64,000 nucleotides of DNA, from the NCBI GenBank assembly GCA_963726575.1, contig CAVSCR010000007.1, forward strand, positions 475,555 to 539,554, given 5' to 3'. This DNA is from an uncultured Actinomycetota bacterium. Lineage in GTDB: Bacteria > Actinomycetota > Actinomycetes > JAHEKZ01. The notes under the pieces are model-generated. The model was not told the DNA's origin and ran no database searches. It worked only from the letters and a program-made list of their open reading frames with translations. The position numbers and the translations under genes were made by a program. This document shows positions 31,508 through 42,961 of the stretch, piece by piece (positions within the stretch are counted from its first letter, which is position 1; every line of letters begins with the position of its first letter).

Positions 31508-34500
31508 GTGATCGCCTGCCCGGCGTGCGGTACCCAGAACCCTGAGGGCTTCGTCTTCTGTGGTCGATGCGCGACGCCGCTGACGGGCAAGTCGGCATCG
31601 GTCCGCGAAGAGCGGAAGGTGGTCACGGCCCTGTTCTGCGACCTTGTCGACTTCACCTCGACCTCTGAGTCCGTCGACCCCGAAGACGTCGACGCAATGC
31701 TCGCCGCGTATTTCGCCATGGCACAGGCGCGGATCGAGACCCACGGCGGAATCGTCGAGAAGTTCATCGGCGATGCCGTCGTCGGCATCTTCGGCGTTCC
31801 AGCCGCGCACGAGGACGATCCGGAGCGCGCTGTGCGTGCGGCACTGCGCATCGTCGAGGACGCCGAAAGCATGACGTCGGTGAACGACGCGCCGCTTCGC
31901 CTGCGGATCGGCGTCAACACCGGCGAGACGTTGGTGCGGCTGGGAGTTGTACCCGGCTCGGGTGACGGGTTCATCACCGGTGACGCGATCAACACCGCGT
32001 CTCGTATCCAGACGGTCGCACCTGACATGGGCGTTGCCGTCGGGCCGAGCACATTCGAGATCACCAAGTCGGTGTTCGACTACGCCGAGCTGCCGACCGC
32101 GACCTTGAAGGGCAAGTCAGTGCCCGTCGCGGTGTTTCACGCAAAGTCGCCACTCGCGCGCTTCGGCGCGGATGTGACCCGCAGCCACGACACACCGTTC
32201 GTCGGCCGGGAGGTGGACCTGGCCCTGCTGAAGGGGTTGTTCGACAAGACGGTCGCGTCGGCTGCCCCCCAGCTCGTGACCGTCGTCGGCGAACCCGGAC
32301 TCGGTAAGAGCAGGTTGGTGGCGGAGTTCTTTCGACACATCGACCGACTGCCGCAGCTCATCACGTGGCGACAAGGCAGCTGTCCGCCGTACGGAGAAGG
32401 AATCACCTTCTGGGCGTTGGGCGAGATCCTCAAGGCACACGCTGGGATTCTCGAGTCGGACTCACCAGAGGTTGCCTCCGCGAAGCTCGACGCCGTGCTC
32501 CCCGAGGACGGGGAGCGTGCCTGGTTTCGGCAACGGCTGCTGCCGCTGCTCGGAATCGAAGCGACGTCGACAGCCGAGCGAGAGGAGCTCTACACGGCGT
32601 GGCGGCGGTTCCTGGAGCACATCGCTGAAGCCGACCCCACAGTGCTCGTGTTCGAGGACCTGCATTGGGCCGACCCCGCGATGCTGGACTTCATCGAGCA
32701 TCTGGCCGACCGGGCCGGAGGCGTGCCCCTGCTGATCATCGGGACAAGCGCGTCCAGAGCTGTTCGAGAAGCACCCCGACTACGCGCGCGGCCTACGCAA
32801 CTCCACACCCATCAACCTGGGTCCACTGTCGGAGCAGGAGACCGCACGCCTCGTGTCGGCCCTGCTGGACAGCGCAGTCATACCGGCCGATCTGCAGGCG
32901 CCGCTGCTGGAACGGGCAGGCGGCAACCCGCTCTACGCCGAGGAATACGTGCGGCTGCTCAAGGACAAGAACCTGTTGACTCGCAACGGCGCCACTTGGC
33001 AGCTCGTCGAAGGAGCCGACATCCCCTTCCCCGACTCCGTGCAGGCGCTGATCGCGGCGCGGATCGACACGTTGTCGCCCGCACGCAAGGCCATGCTGGC
33101 GGACGCAGCCGTGGTCGGAAAGTCCTTCTGGGTCGGCGCCGTCGCGGCGATGGGGGACGTGCCGGAGGACGACGTGGCCGAGGCCATGCGGGAACTGACC
33201 CGCAAGGAGCTCGTCAGACCGGTGCGTCACTCCAGCATGGAGGGCCAGGCGGAGCTCGCCTTCTGGCACGTGGTCGCCCGCGATGTCGCCTACGGTCAAC
33301 TTCCGCGCGCGGTTCGAGCGGCTCGCCACGTGGCAGCGGCGGCGTGGATCGAGTCGCACTCAGGTGGACGAGCGGAGGACTCCGCCGATGTCCTCGCCTA
33401 CCACTACGCCACCGCGGTGGATCTGACCCAAGCCGCCGGTGAGCTCGACCAGGTGGCGACGCTCCAGGCCTCCGCCCTGCGCTTCTTGACCCTCGCCGGC
33501 GAGCGTGCCCTCGGCCTTGACACCACCGCCGCGCTCTCGAACTTTCAGCGAGCGTTGGACCTCACTGCACCCGCAGACCCGGCGCGTCCTAGTGCACTCG
33601 CCAAGTTCGGTGAGGCTGCGCTGCACGCCGGCCGTCTCGCTGAGGCGCAGCGAACCTTGGAGCAGGCGGAGGAGGCGTATCGGGCACGCGCCGATGTGCT
33701 GGCGCAAGCCCGCTGCCTGGTCCTCCTCTCACACGTGATGCACCGGCTAGGCGACAGTCGATGGGCAGAGCCTCCCGGCGAGAGCGGTGGAGCTGCTCGA
33801 GCCGCTGCCGCCGGGCCCAGCGATCATCGACGCCTACAGTGAGATCGCTCGACGCGACACGCTGCAGGCCAGGAACGAGTCGGCCATCAGCTACGCGAAC
33901 CTGGCGCTCGACCTGGCCGTTCGACCTCGGGCACGACCAGCCGGCTCGGGCGCTCGGTTACCGGGGTGGCGCACGGGCGAGCCTCGGGGACGCAGAAGGA
34001 CTCGACGACCTCCAGGAAGCGATCGTGTGGGCCACCGATGCGGGCCAGGGACGTGAAGTCGCGGTGCTCCACAACAACCTGGCTCTGGCGGTCTGGAAGT
34101 TCCACGGGTCTCGTGCCTCGCTCGAGGTCGCCGAAGCCGGTATCGCACTTCGCCACGGGCGCGAGGATTGGCCGAGATGTCCGAAGCGCTCGATAGCCAT
34201 GACGGTCGACCTGCTCAACGAGGTCGGCCGGGCCAGCGAGGCTCTCCTGGTGGCAGCAGAACTTGCACCGCGCCTGGAAGCCAGCGGTTCTGTCTTCAGA
34301 CCTGATAGGCGTGCGCCCGATTCAAGTAGTGGATTCTGGTGACGCAAGGCCGAGCGGCTGACGCGGCTCAGCTCTTGGACTGGATCGAGTCGACCTCGCG
34401 GATCACCGGCGATCCCGAAGACGTCGTGGTGGGCCTCGGGTCTGTTGCGCTGGCTCGAGCCGCCCTCGGGCAGGCGGCCACGGCTGCGGCCTTGTTGCGC

Positions 34501-34957
34501 GAGGTCGTCGAACGTGCCGACGACTGGCGACAGCGCCAACTTCGTCACCTGGCTCCCCACGCTGGTGCGGACGGCGCTGGCAGTCGGCGAGCCCCGGCTC
34601 GCCGCTCAGCTCACGGACGCCGTAGTACCCCGCTATCCCAGTGCCGAGCGGGCGCTCGTTGCTGCGCAGGCTGCGCTCGATGAAGCTCGCCAAGATCTTC
34701 CCGCGGCGTCGGCCGGCTACGCCCAGGCAGCGGCCGGGTGGGCCGAATTCGGCTCTCGTGCCGGAGGAGGGGTTTGCCCTGCTCGGGCAGGGCCGCTGCC
34801 TCGTTGCGCTCGCGTCGAACTGACGAAGCGATCCCGAGTCCTCGGGCGCGCACAGGACATCTTCGATCGCCTAGGGGCTCGTCCGGCCCTGGCCGAGACC
34901 GACGCACTGCTCGCGCATCGCTCTGCGACGCGTGGCGAAGCAGAGACCGCGACGTAG
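31508..34957 (+). pseudogene. Large adenylate/guanylate-cyclase-domain + AAA(P-loop NTPase) + TPR-repeat regulator, heavily frameshifted (>=7 frame changes)
   Basis: N-terminal zinc-ribbon, a class III cyclase domain (FCDLVDFTS...IGDAVVGIFG) and a P-loop (VVGEPGLGKSRL) are intact to about 32750. The reading frame then switches near 32752, 33770, 33915, 34320, 34525, 34770 and 34810. Protein-like sequence (TPR-like helices) is recoverable each time in another frame. Confidence 0.6.
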
Positions 34958-34972
34958 CCGACGTCTACCCTG

Positions 34973-35687
34973 GTGTCCATGCGCGCACTGGTGATCGCCA
35001 ACATCGGCGACGACGACTCCGGCTACGTGGGTGAGCGTCTGGTGGAGCGCGGCTACGAACTCGTGATCGCTTACCGCGATGAAGCCGGCGCCCTCCCGGA
35101 CAACCTGGACGGCTACGACCTGGTGTTGCTGCTCGGCTCCGACTGGTCGACGTACTGGGAGCACAAGGCCGACCTCGTCGAACGGGAGTCGGGGCTGGTG
35201 CGTGAGGCCGCGGTCCGTGATCTTGCGGTGCTGGGCATCTGTTACGGCGGGCAGTTGCTCTCCCACGCACTCGGCGGCCGCGTGGAGCTGGCCGATCGCA
35301 CCGAGATCGGCTGGTTCGACCTGACGACGAGCGACCCGGACCTTGCCCCCGTCGGCCCGTGGTTCGAGTTCCACATCGACCGGTTCACCCCACCGCCGGG
35401 TGCGGAGGTCCTGGCCAGCACCGACGCCGGGACCACAGGCGTTCCGGATCGGACGGATGCTCGGCTGGCAGTTCCATCCAGAGGTGACACCGCAGATCGT
35501 GCGCCGGTGGGGCGACGGCTCACGCGACCAGGCCGACCGTGCTGGTGTCTCACTCGAGGAGGTGTACGCAGCAACCGACGCACTCGCGCCGGCAGCGCGG
35601 CTGCGGACTCACGCGCTGGTCGACGCGTTCCTCGACAAGGTCGCATCGTCGCCCTTGAGCGCCAGCGTCAACAGCCACGAGTCGTAG
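34973..35687 (+). pseudogene. Class I glutamine amidotransferase-like protein, frameshift near 35430
   Basis: The N-terminal 150 aa (LVLLLGSDWSTYW ... LGICYGGQLLSHALGG) are in one frame. The C-terminus (PQAFRIGRMLGWQFHPEVT...) is in the +1 frame. Confidence 0.55.
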
Positions 35688-36631
35688 GTGACCACCGGTC
35701 GCATGCCGACCGACTCGTACAACTTCGTCGCCCCGGCCTCGTTCTGCGAGTCCACGACCAACATGACGTGCGCTCGCCCGCGCCGCGCATACTCCGCGAA
35801 CGACGTCAGCAGGAGCGCGCGCGCGATGCCGCGCCCGCGAGCCGACTCCTTGACCCCGAGCGTGCGCACGTAGCCGGCGTCGTCGTCACGTCGACTGTCG
35901 TTGGCCAGCAGCATGCCCAGCGGCTCGGTGTCGGACTCGGCGACCCACCACGCCGTGGGGTCGAAGCCGGCGGCGCTGAACCAGCTGTCGCGGAACTGCT
36001 CGAGCGTCATGGGCAGATGCCCGAACTCGCCTTTCATCACGTCGTCACGCATCTCCTGCGCCAGTCGCAGGTCGTCGTCCGTTGTCGGATCGAGGTGACG
36101 AATCGTCACACCAGCCGGTGGCGTCGGGTCGTCGTGAGACAACCTGTCGAGGTCGATGTTCATCCGCAGGTAGACCCGTACGTGGCGAAAGCCGGCCTCG
36201 GCGTAGATCCGCTGCAGGCGTTCGCCGCGGTAGGCCCCGGCGTCGATCTCGACGACGTCGCGGTCCCGAGCGACACCGAGCGTCACGAGGCGACGCACGC
36301 CGTGGTCCACCAGCCGCCGTGCGATCGGTTCGAACTCGTCGTCTGAGACATCGGGATGCACGTAGACGTCCACGTTGCCGCGCTCGTCGTGGTTGTCGAA
36401 CGCCGACCCCCAGGCCACCGTCTGGTCCTGCTCGTCGAGAACCAGGAGCCCGTCCAGCTCCAGGTCGGTACGCGGTCCGGCCAGGTACGACATGACCTCG
36501 TCCAGCGTGGTGTCGTCGGTGCCGATGCTGGCTCGACCCAGCGCGGCCATGAGCTCGCGCACCTGCTCCGCGTCGTCCAACCGCGCCGGTCGAGCGCGGT
36601 AGCCGGCTGGGAGAGCAGGACGGTCGAGCAC
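35609..36631 (-). CDS. Tandem-GNAT acetyltransferase (MshD/mycothiol-synthase-like architecture)
   Basis: Two GNAT domains in 340 aa. The 3' end overlaps the convergent GATase-like gene by about 79 nt. Confidence 0.6.
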   Translation of the reverse strand: MLDRPALPAGYRARPARLDDAEQVRELMAALGRASIGTDDTTLDEVMSYLAGPRTDLELDGLLVLDEQDQTVAWGSAFDNHDERGNVDVYVHPDVSDDEFEPIARRLVDHGVRRLVTLGVARDRDVVEIDAGAYRGERLQRIYAEAGFRHVRVYLRMNIDLDRLSHDDPTPPAGVTIRHLDPTTDDDLRLAQEMRDDVMKGEFGHLPMTLEQFRDSWFSAAGFDPTAWWVAESDTEPLGMLLANDSRRDDDAGYVRTLGVKESARGRGIARALLLTSFAEYARRGRAHVMLVVDSQNEAGATKLYESVGMRPVVTYDSWLLTLALKGDDATLSRNASTSA

Positions 36632-36675
36632 GATCCCCCACCCTCACCGACACCGGCGGGGGCGTCCAGCGAATT

Positions 36676-37251
36676 GTGCGGAAGGATGGGGTCATGACGC
36701 AGTCGCCTGAGGTGCCCGAGCCCATGGAGGCCCGCCGCCTGATCGTGGGACCCGACGGCGCGCCGGTGGCGCCGCACGAGGCGCCGACCGACGAGGCCGT
36801 CCAGCTCACCGAGCTGGTCGAGCAGCCGGACAAGGTCATGCGGATCGGCACGATGATCAAGCAGCTGCTGGACGAGGTGCGGGCCGCGCCGCTGGACGAG
36901 GCCGGACGCGCCCGGCTCAGCGAGATCCACCGGCGCTCGATCAAGGAGCTCGAGTCGGGACTGGCCCCCGAGCTCGTGGCCGAGCTGGAGCGGCTGAGCC
37001 TGCCGTTCGACGAGGGCATCGTGCCCTCCGAAGCCGAGCTGCGCATCGCCCAGGCCCAGCTCGTCGGGTGGCTCGAGGGGCTGTTCCACGGGATCCAGAC
37101 GGCGCTGTTCGCCCAGCAGATGGCCGCGCGCGCCCAGTTGGAGGAGATGCGCCGCCGAGCGCTCCCGCCGGGCAGCCTCGCCATCGGCCCGGACGGCAAC
37201 CCGATGCAGGTCCCCACGGCGGCGCCGGACTCCGGCGGTCCCTACCTCTGA
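36676..37251 (+). CDS. bpa: Bacterial proteasome activator Bpa/PafE-like (DUF2587), C-terminal GPYL
   Basis: 191 aa with a coiled-coil-prone helical core (MIKQLLDEVR...). The flexible C-terminus ends ...DSGGPYL, matching the GQYL-type proteasome-docking tail. Confidence 0.7.
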   Translation: MRKDGVMTQSPEVPEPMEARRLIVGPDGAPVAPHEAPTDEAVQLTELVEQPDKVMRIGTMIKQLLDEVRAAPLDEAGRARLSEIHRRSIKELESGLAPELVAELERLSLPFDEGIVPSEAELRIAQAQLVGWLEGLFHGIQTALFAQQMAARAQLEEMRRRALPPGSLAIGPDGNPMQVPTAAPDSGGPYL

Positions 37252-37302
37252 GCTGCGCAGGCCCTGAGCCAGCGCCGCGATGCCAGCAGCCAGGTGCGGG
37301 AG

Positions 37303-38049
37303 TCAGCCCCGCAACAGCGCCTCGATGACCTGGGCCACCCCGTCCTCGGAAACCGACGCTGCAACGTGAGGCGCCGCTGCCACGGCCTCCGGATGCGCTC
37401 CCGCCATCGCGAAGCCCCACCCGGCCCACTGCAACATCGGCACATCGTTTGGCATGTCGCCGAACGCGAGCACCTGTGTGGATTCGATTCCCCATTCGCA
37501 GGCGAGGCGCGCCAATGTGGTTGCCTTGCTCACTCCTGGCGCACACACCTCGAGCAGGCCGTCGTTGCTGGAATGCGTGGGTTCGGCAAGGTCGGTCAGC
37601 GCAGCGCGCGCCAGCGACAGCATCTCGTCGCTGGGCATGGTGTCGTGGCGCACGAGCAGCTTGGTCACCGGCCGGTCGATCAACTCCTCGATCGGCGCAA
37701 CGATCGGGTCCCCAACGTCCCAGCGTGGGTGGTAGTTGTGGTCGTGCCCGAACCCCTTGAGGTACTCCACGGCGAACCCGGCCTCGGGCATCACCGCCCG
37801 CAGCCGCGCGACGACTTCGACGGTCAGGTCGGGAACCAACGGGAACCACTCCCGCAGCTTCTCGGCGTGCAGGTCGTAGACCACTGCACCGTTGGCACAG
37901 ATCGCAACGCCCCGGTGTCCGGTGGCCTCGACGATCGGGCCCATCCACCGCACCGGGCGGCCGGTCACGAGCACGAGCCGACGACCGGACTGCTCGACGT
38001 CGGCCAGGGCACGCACCGTTCGCTCACTGATCGTGCCGTCGGGCCGCAC
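37303..38049 (-). CDS. HAD-IIB (Cof-type) hydrolase
   Basis: Cof-like motifs (GRPVRWM, FGDMPND). The conserved DLDGT motif lies upstream of the annotated GTG with no canonical in-frame start until a stop at 38119, so the true start is uncertain (possibly CTG at about 38115). Confidence 0.7.
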   Translation of the reverse strand: MRPDGTISERTVRALADVEQSGRRLVLVTGRPVRWMGPIVEATGHRGVAICANGAVVYDLHAEKLREWFPLVPDLTVEVVARLRAVMPEAGFAVEYLKGFGHDHNYHPRWDVGDPIVAPIEELIDRPVTKLLVRHDTMPSDEMLSLARAALTDLAEPTHSSNDGLLEVCAPGVSKATTLARLACEWGIESTQVLAFGDMPNDVPMLQWAGWGFAMAGAHPEAVAAAPHVAASVSEDGVAQVIEALLRG

Positions 38050-38165
38050 GATGGTGCCGTCGAGGTCGGTGGCGACGAGCCGGATCGCGCCCGGATCAAG
38101 CGGGGACGCGATCAGTGCTCACGCGAGTCCTGACCGACTCTGCGCAACGCGGTCGTCCAAGAGAG

Positions 38166-39434
38166 TCACGCCGGACGGAGGACGTCGGTGCCCAGATACG
38201 GCTGCAGCGCCTGTGGCAACACGACGGATCCGTCGGGCTGCTGGTGGTTCTCCAGGATCGCGACGATGGTTCGCGGGATCGCGACCAGCGTGCCGTTCAG
38301 CGTCGCGAGCGGACGGACGCCGTCGGCGTCGCGCAGCCGGGTGTTGAGCCGGCGCGCCTGGAACTGCGTGCAGTTCGACGTCGACGTGAGCTCGCGGTAG
38401 CGACCCTGGGTGGGGATCCATGCCTCGCAGTCGAACTTGCGCGCTGCACTCAAGCCGAGGTCACCAGCAGCGGTGTCGATGACGCGGAACGGCAGGTCGA
38501 GCAGCGCGAGGAACTCCTTCTCCCACGCGAGCAGCCGCTGATGCTCTGCGGACGCGTCGTCCGGATCGGTGTAGACGAACATCTCGACCTTGTCGAACTG
38601 ATGGACGCGGATGATGCCTCGCGTGTCCTTGCCGTAGGAGCCGGCCTCGCGACGGAAGCAGGCGGAGAACCCGACGTAGCGCTTCGGCAAGGTCGCGGCC
38701 TCGAGGATCTCGTCCATGTGGTACCCGGCCAGTGGCACTTCGGCAGTGCCGACCAGGTACATGTCGTCGGCCTCGAGGCGGTACACGTTCTCGGCCGCCT
38801 GACCGAGGAAGCCGGTGCCCTCCATGGCCTCCGGCTTGACCAGCACCGGCGGGATCATCGGGACGAAGCCGGCAGCCACCGCGCGTGCGATCGCCAGGTT
38901 CAGCAACGCCAGCTCCAGCAATGCGCCTACCCCGGTGAGGTAGTAGAACCTCGCGCCGGACACCTTCGTGGCCCGCTCGATGTCGATCGCCCCGAGCAAG
39001 CGCCCGAGATCGACGTGGTCGCGCGGTTCGAAACCTTCGGCCGCGAAGTCGCGGGGGGTCCCGACCTCCTCGAGCACGACGTAGTCGTCCTCGCCCCCCA
39101 CCGGTACGCCTGGCTGAACGAGGTTGGACAGCTCATGCGCGAGGGCATTCAGTCGCTCCTGAGCCGCAGCCGCAGCCACATCGGCGTCCTTGACGGCGGC
39201 CGCGAGCTTCTTGGCCCGCTCCAGGAGCGCGGGACGCGAGTCGTCGTCGGCTTGCGACACCTGCTTGCTCAGCGACTTCTGCTCGGCCCGCTGGTTGTCG
39301 TAGTCCGACACCGCAGCGCGGCGCGCGGCATCGGCGGCCAAGAGGGCATCGACCAGCTCGGGGTCCTCACCGCGGGCCCGTTGGGAGTCCCGAAAGGCCT
39401 CAGGATCCTCGCGCAGCTGACGAAGGTCGATCAC
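38166..39434 (-). CDS. serS: Serine--tRNA ligase
   Basis: Class II aaRS SerRS ([18 protein letters not shown]; motif 2/3 regions [14 protein letters not shown]). The GTG start overlaps the stop of the upstream GGDEF-EAL gene (GTGA). Confidence 0.9.
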   Translation of the reverse strand: MIDLRQLREDPEAFRDSQRARGEDPELVDALLAADAARRAAVSDYDNQRAEQKSLSKQVSQADDDSRPALLERAKKLAAAVKDADVAAAAAQERLNALAHELSNLVQPGVPVGGEDDYVVLEEVGTPRDFAAEGFEPRDHVDLGRLLGAIDIERATKVSGARFYYLTGVGALLELALLNLAIARAVAAGFVPMIPPVLVKPEAMEGTGFLGQAAENVYRLEADDMYLVGTAEVPLAGYHMDEILEAATLPKRYVGFSACFRREAGSYGKDTRGIIRVHQFDKVEMFVYTDPDDASAEHQRLLAWEKEFLALLDLPFRVIDTAAGDLGLSAARKFDCEAWIPTQGRYRELTSTSNCTQFQARRLNTRLRDADGVRPLATLNGTLVAIPRTIVAILENHQQPDGSVVLPQALQPYLGTDVLRPA

Positions 39435-41410
39435 GTCCCCGAGGGTACCGGGGTCCGTTCCTTGTCCTTTTGGGCAGCGGCAAGGCGCACCACGACCTCG
39501 AGCAGCTCCGCGGGGGGCAGCGGCCGTGACCACAAGAATCCCTGTGCCTGGTCGCAGCCCAGGGCCTTGAGGTGCTCGGTGAGCTCCTGGTCCTCGACGC
39601 CCTCGGCGACCACCGACAGGCCGAACTCGTGGGCCAGCTCGACGATCGCGCGCACCAACGTCGTGCCGCCGTCGTCGCGCATCAGGCGGATGACGAACGA
39701 CCGGTCGATCTTCAGGGTGTTCAGCGGCATCTGCTCCAGCTGGGCCATCGAGGTGTAGCCCGTGCCGAAGTCGTCCACGGCCAGCGTCACACCGAGGTTG
39801 GACAGCTCCTCGAGCATGCGTCGGGTCCGCATCGGGTCCTCGATCAATGCGGTCTCGGTGACCTCGAGGATCAGCCGGTCGGCCGGCAGGTCGAAGCTGC
39901 CCAACAGGTCCTCGATGAACTCCGCCAGCGTCGGCTCCACGAGGTTGCGGGCTGACAGATTCACCGCCACGGGGAGTCCGGCGAACGGGGTGCGCCGGTG
40001 GTCCCACTCGGCCATCTGGCTCACGACTTCTTCCAGCACGTAGCGGGTGATCGCGTGGATCATGCCCGTGGTCTCGGCGAGCGGGATGAACTCACCGGGC
40101 GGGATCGGTCCCCGCTCGGGGTGGGTCCAGCGCAACAGGGCCTCGAACCCGACGACGGCGTCGCTTTGCAGGTCGATGGTCGGCTGGTAGTACACCTGCA
40201 ACTGGTCGCCGCCGATCGCACTGCGCAGGTCGCCGAGCAGCATCAGGCGGTCTGCGCTCGCGCCGTCGTGCTCGGGCTGGAACAACAGCGTTCCCAGCCG
40301 CGCCTGCTTGGCGCCGTACATCGCCATGTCGGCACGTTGCATGAGCTCCGCAGCGTTCTCGGCATGACCCGGCATGACGGCCACGCCAAGGCTCGAGTCG
40401 ACGTGCAGCATGAGCTGGTCGACCTCGAACGGACGGTCGAACGCAGTGTGGATCCGACGCGCCAAGCGCTCGGCGTCGAGCACCGAGTGCAGCCCCGGCG
40501 CGAGCACTGCGAACTCGTCGCCACCGAGCCGGGCCACCGTGTCCACCTCGCGCACGCGGGTCAGCAGGCGATCGGCGACGAGCTTGAGCAACGTGTCGCC
40601 GCGGTCGTGGCCGAGGGTGTCGTTCACCTCCTTGAACCGGTCGACGTCGAGGATCATCAGCGCCACGACGCCGCCGGCCCGTTCGGAGGACATCACCGCT
40701 CGCTCGAGGCGGTCGGTGAGCAAGCGACGGTTCGGCAGCCCGGTCAAGGGATCGTGCAGGGCCAGACGTTCGTTCTCGACCGCCTGGTCACGCAGGCGTC
40801 GGCTCGCCCGGTGCACTGTGCGGAACATGAGCAACCACGCGATCAGGAACGTCCCGAACACCACCAGGGCCATCGTGAGGATCGTCCGCTGCTGGCGCGA
40901 CTGGGTGGAGGCGTAGGGGATGGCGACCTCGGCAACGCCCTCCACGAGCCGACCGCTCTGGATCGGGGTGTAGACCACCAGCACGGGCTGACCCCCGTAC
41001 TGCTCCACCGTCGCGGTCCGACCGCCGTCCAGCACGGTCTCGACCCGCGTCCGGGTGGCCGAGTCGGGCAACCGGAGCAAGTCGTTGGGGGCGTCACTGT
41101 GGTAGACGATCTGCCCGTTCTGGCCGTACACGCGCAAGAAGGCGAGCTCGGCGCCGCTGCCCTGGTTGCGGGTCAGGCCGATCAGTACCGCGCCGTCGTC
41201 GCGCAGCGGCACCCGCCCGGACAGGTCGGCTGAGGTGGTGAGCAGGCGCTTGACCCCGGTGTCCACCACGCTCTGGGCGGTGAGCTGGCCGTCGGAGCGG
41301 GCCTGGGCCCGCAGTGCGGAGGAGAAGACGGCGACCAGGGCCACGCCGAGGAGCGCCATGGTGAGCACGCTCACCACAGCGAACGCCCCGGTCAGGGAGA
41401 GCCGCCGCAC
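39431..41410 (-). CDS. Membrane sensor diguanylate cyclase/phosphodiesterase (TM - sensor - TM - GGDEF - EAL), paralog of 819..2812
   Basis: [16 protein letters not shown] and DDFGTG motifs. Same domain order and TM topology as the first GGDEF-EAL protein. Confidence 0.85.
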   Translation of the reverse strand: MRRLSLTGAFAVVSVLTMALLGVALVAVFSSALRAQARSDGQLTAQSVVDTGVKRLLTTSADLSGRVPLRDDGAVLIGLTRNQGSGAELAFLRVYGQNGQIVYHSDAPNDLLRLPDSATRTRVETVLDGGRTATVEQYGGQPVLVVYTPIQSGRLVEGVAEVAIPYASTQSRQQRTILTMALVVFGTFLIAWLLMFRTVHRASRRLRDQAVENERLALHDPLTGLPNRRLLTDRLERAVMSSERAGGVVALMILDVDRFKEVNDTLGHDRGDTLLKLVADRLLTRVREVDTVARLGGDEFAVLAPGLHSVLDAERLARRIHTAFDRPFEVDQLMLHVDSSLGVAVMPGHAENAAELMQRADMAMYGAKQARLGTLLFQPEHDGASADRLMLLGDLRSAIGGDQLQVYYQPTIDLQSDAVVGFEALLRWTHPERGPIPPGEFIPLAETTGMIHAITRYVLEEVVSQMAEWDHRRTPFAGLPVAVNLSARNLVEPTLAEFIEDLLGSFDLPADRLILEVTETALIEDPMRTRRMLEELSNLGVTLAVDDFGTGYTSMAQLEQMPLNTLKIDRSFVIRLMRDDGGTTLVRAIVELAHEFGLSVVAEGVEDQELTEHLKALGCDQAQGFLWSRPLPPAELLEVVVRLAAAQKDKERTPVPSGT

Positions 41411-41459
41411 CCGGTGCCTATCGGCAGGGGTGATGCCGGCCTGAAGCCACCCGAACGGA

Positions 41460-42431
41460 CTAGATGCGACCCTCGCGGACGCGGGCCAGCCAGGCCTGGG
41501 CGCCCGCGAACTCCTGGTCGGTGACGCCGGGGCGCAACCGGGGGCGCTGTCCGTCCAGCCGAGGGTAGGAGCCGAGGTACCGAACGTCGCGGCAGACCCG
41601 ACGTAGGCCGATCAGCGCCTCACCGACACGGGCATCGTCGACGTGACCCTCGGCGTCGACACAGAAGTAGTAGTCGCCCAGCCCACCGCCGGTGGGTCGC
41701 GACTCGATGCGGGACAAGTTGATACCGCGCACCGCCAGCTCGGTGAGCAGCTCCAGCAGGGCACCGGGGTGGTCGGGCCCCATGAACAACGCCAGGGTCG
41801 TCTTGTCCGCCCCGGTGGCGGGCTCCGGCGGCCGCGGCCGACAGACCAGGACGAACCGGGTCTCCGCGTCCGGGTGGTCGCCCACGCCTGAGGCCAATAC
41901 GTCCAGGTCGTACACCTGTGCCGCCAGCGGAGCCGCGATGGCCGCGTCAGCCGTGGCCGTGGTCGCGTCCCCCGGCAGCCTGGAGCCGGTGAGGCCGGCG
42001 GCTGCGCCCGCGGTGGACGACGCCCACACCACGGTGGCGGCCGGCAGGTTCTTCGCCAGCCAGCCGCGGCACTGCGCCTGCGCGTGGGGATGGGTGGTGA
42101 CCGAGTGCACGTCGGACAGCTGCGTGCCCGGCGCAGCCATGAGAGCGAACGACACCGGCACCTGCGCCTCGGCGACGATCACCAGCGGATCGCCGAATGC
42201 GAGAGCGTCCACGGTGGCACTGACCGAGCCCTCGATCGAGTTCTCCAGCGGCACCATCGCGCCGTCGACCTCGTGGCGGCGCACCGCGTCGAGCGCCTCC
42301 TCGACGCTCGGCTCCGAGATCAGCTCAGCCTGCGCTCCCGCGAGGTGGCCCAGCAGTGCTTGCTCGGTGAACGTGCCTGCCGGCCCGAGGTAGGCGTAAC
42401 GGGGCACCTGGTCGGCTTCTGCGTCGGACAC
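41460..42431 (-). CDS. pheA: Prephenate dehydratase
   Basis: PDT domain plus an ACT domain (ESRPTGGGLGDYYFCVDAEGH). Confidence 0.85.
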   Translation of the reverse strand: MSDAEADQVPRYAYLGPAGTFTEQALLGHLAGAQAELISEPSVEEALDAVRRHEVDGAMVPLENSIEGSVSATVDALAFGDPLVIVAEAQVPVSFALMAAPGTQLSDVHSVTTHPHAQAQCRGWLAKNLPAATVVWASSTAGAAAGLTGSRLPGDATTATADAAIAAPLAAQVYDLDVLASGVGDHPDAETRFVLVCRPRPPEPATGADKTTLALFMGPDHPGALLELLTELAVRGINLSRIESRPTGGGLGDYYFCVDAEGHVDDARVGEALIGLRRVCRDVRYLGSYPRLDGQRPRLRPGVTDQEFAGAQAWLARVREGRI

Positions 42432-42454
42432 CCGCGCAGCGTAGCGAGGGCCGC

Positions 42455-42961
42455 TCAGCTGGACGCCGAGCGTCGCGCGTACGCGATCGCCTGTTCCTCC
42501 TCCGGCGACAACGTCGCCTCACTGCCGGCCGCCTTGATGCCCTTGGCGTACGTCCGCGTCTCCGTCCGCCCGTTGATCGAGGTGATGACCAGTCCGTCAC
42601 CGGCGTCGTCGAGCATCGCCGCGGAGAACGACATGCGTCCGCCCATGTCGCCGAAGGCGTCATAGCGCACCACCGCCACGTGCCGGATGGCATCGGCCAG
42701 GTCGCTGCGCAGTCGCGTCACCTGTTGCTGATACGCAGTGACGTCGCCCCGCAACGCGTCGACCTGCTCGGTCTTGGCACGCACGACGTCGACGAACGAC
42801 TCGCGGCCGTCCTCGCCCTGCAGGATCACCAGCGTCTTCTTCAGCCGTGCGGTTCGCGACCACGCGACGGCAGCGATGACCACGGAGAGCAGGCCGAGCA
42901 CGAGGCCGGCGATGGCGAGATACGCAACCGCATCTGCGCTCAAGCCGAACGGATAGGACAC
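42455..42961 (-). CDS. DUF4446 family protein (N-terminal TM, coiled-coil)
   Basis: Family typically found next to pheA/serS in Actinobacteria. AVAYLAIAGLVLGLLSVVIAAVAW forms the TM segment. Confidence 0.65.
   Translation of the reverse strand: MSYPFGLSADAVAYLAIAGLVLGLLSVVIAAVAWSRTARLKKTLVILQGEDGRESFVDVVRAKTEQVDALRGDVTAYQQQVTRLRSDLADAIRHVAVVRYDAFGDMGGRMSFSAAMLDDAGDGLVITSINGRTETRTYAKGIKAAGSEATLSPEEEQAIAYARRSASS

Noticed and set aside
35609-35687. The 79-nt convergent overlap between the GATase-like gene and the tandem-GNAT gene might indicate a mis-called stop.
   Set aside because: The GATase C-terminus is already in a frameshifted state, so its true stop is uncertain. The GNAT 3' end is well supported by domain completeness. 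The overlap was left as is and flagged in the feature evidence.
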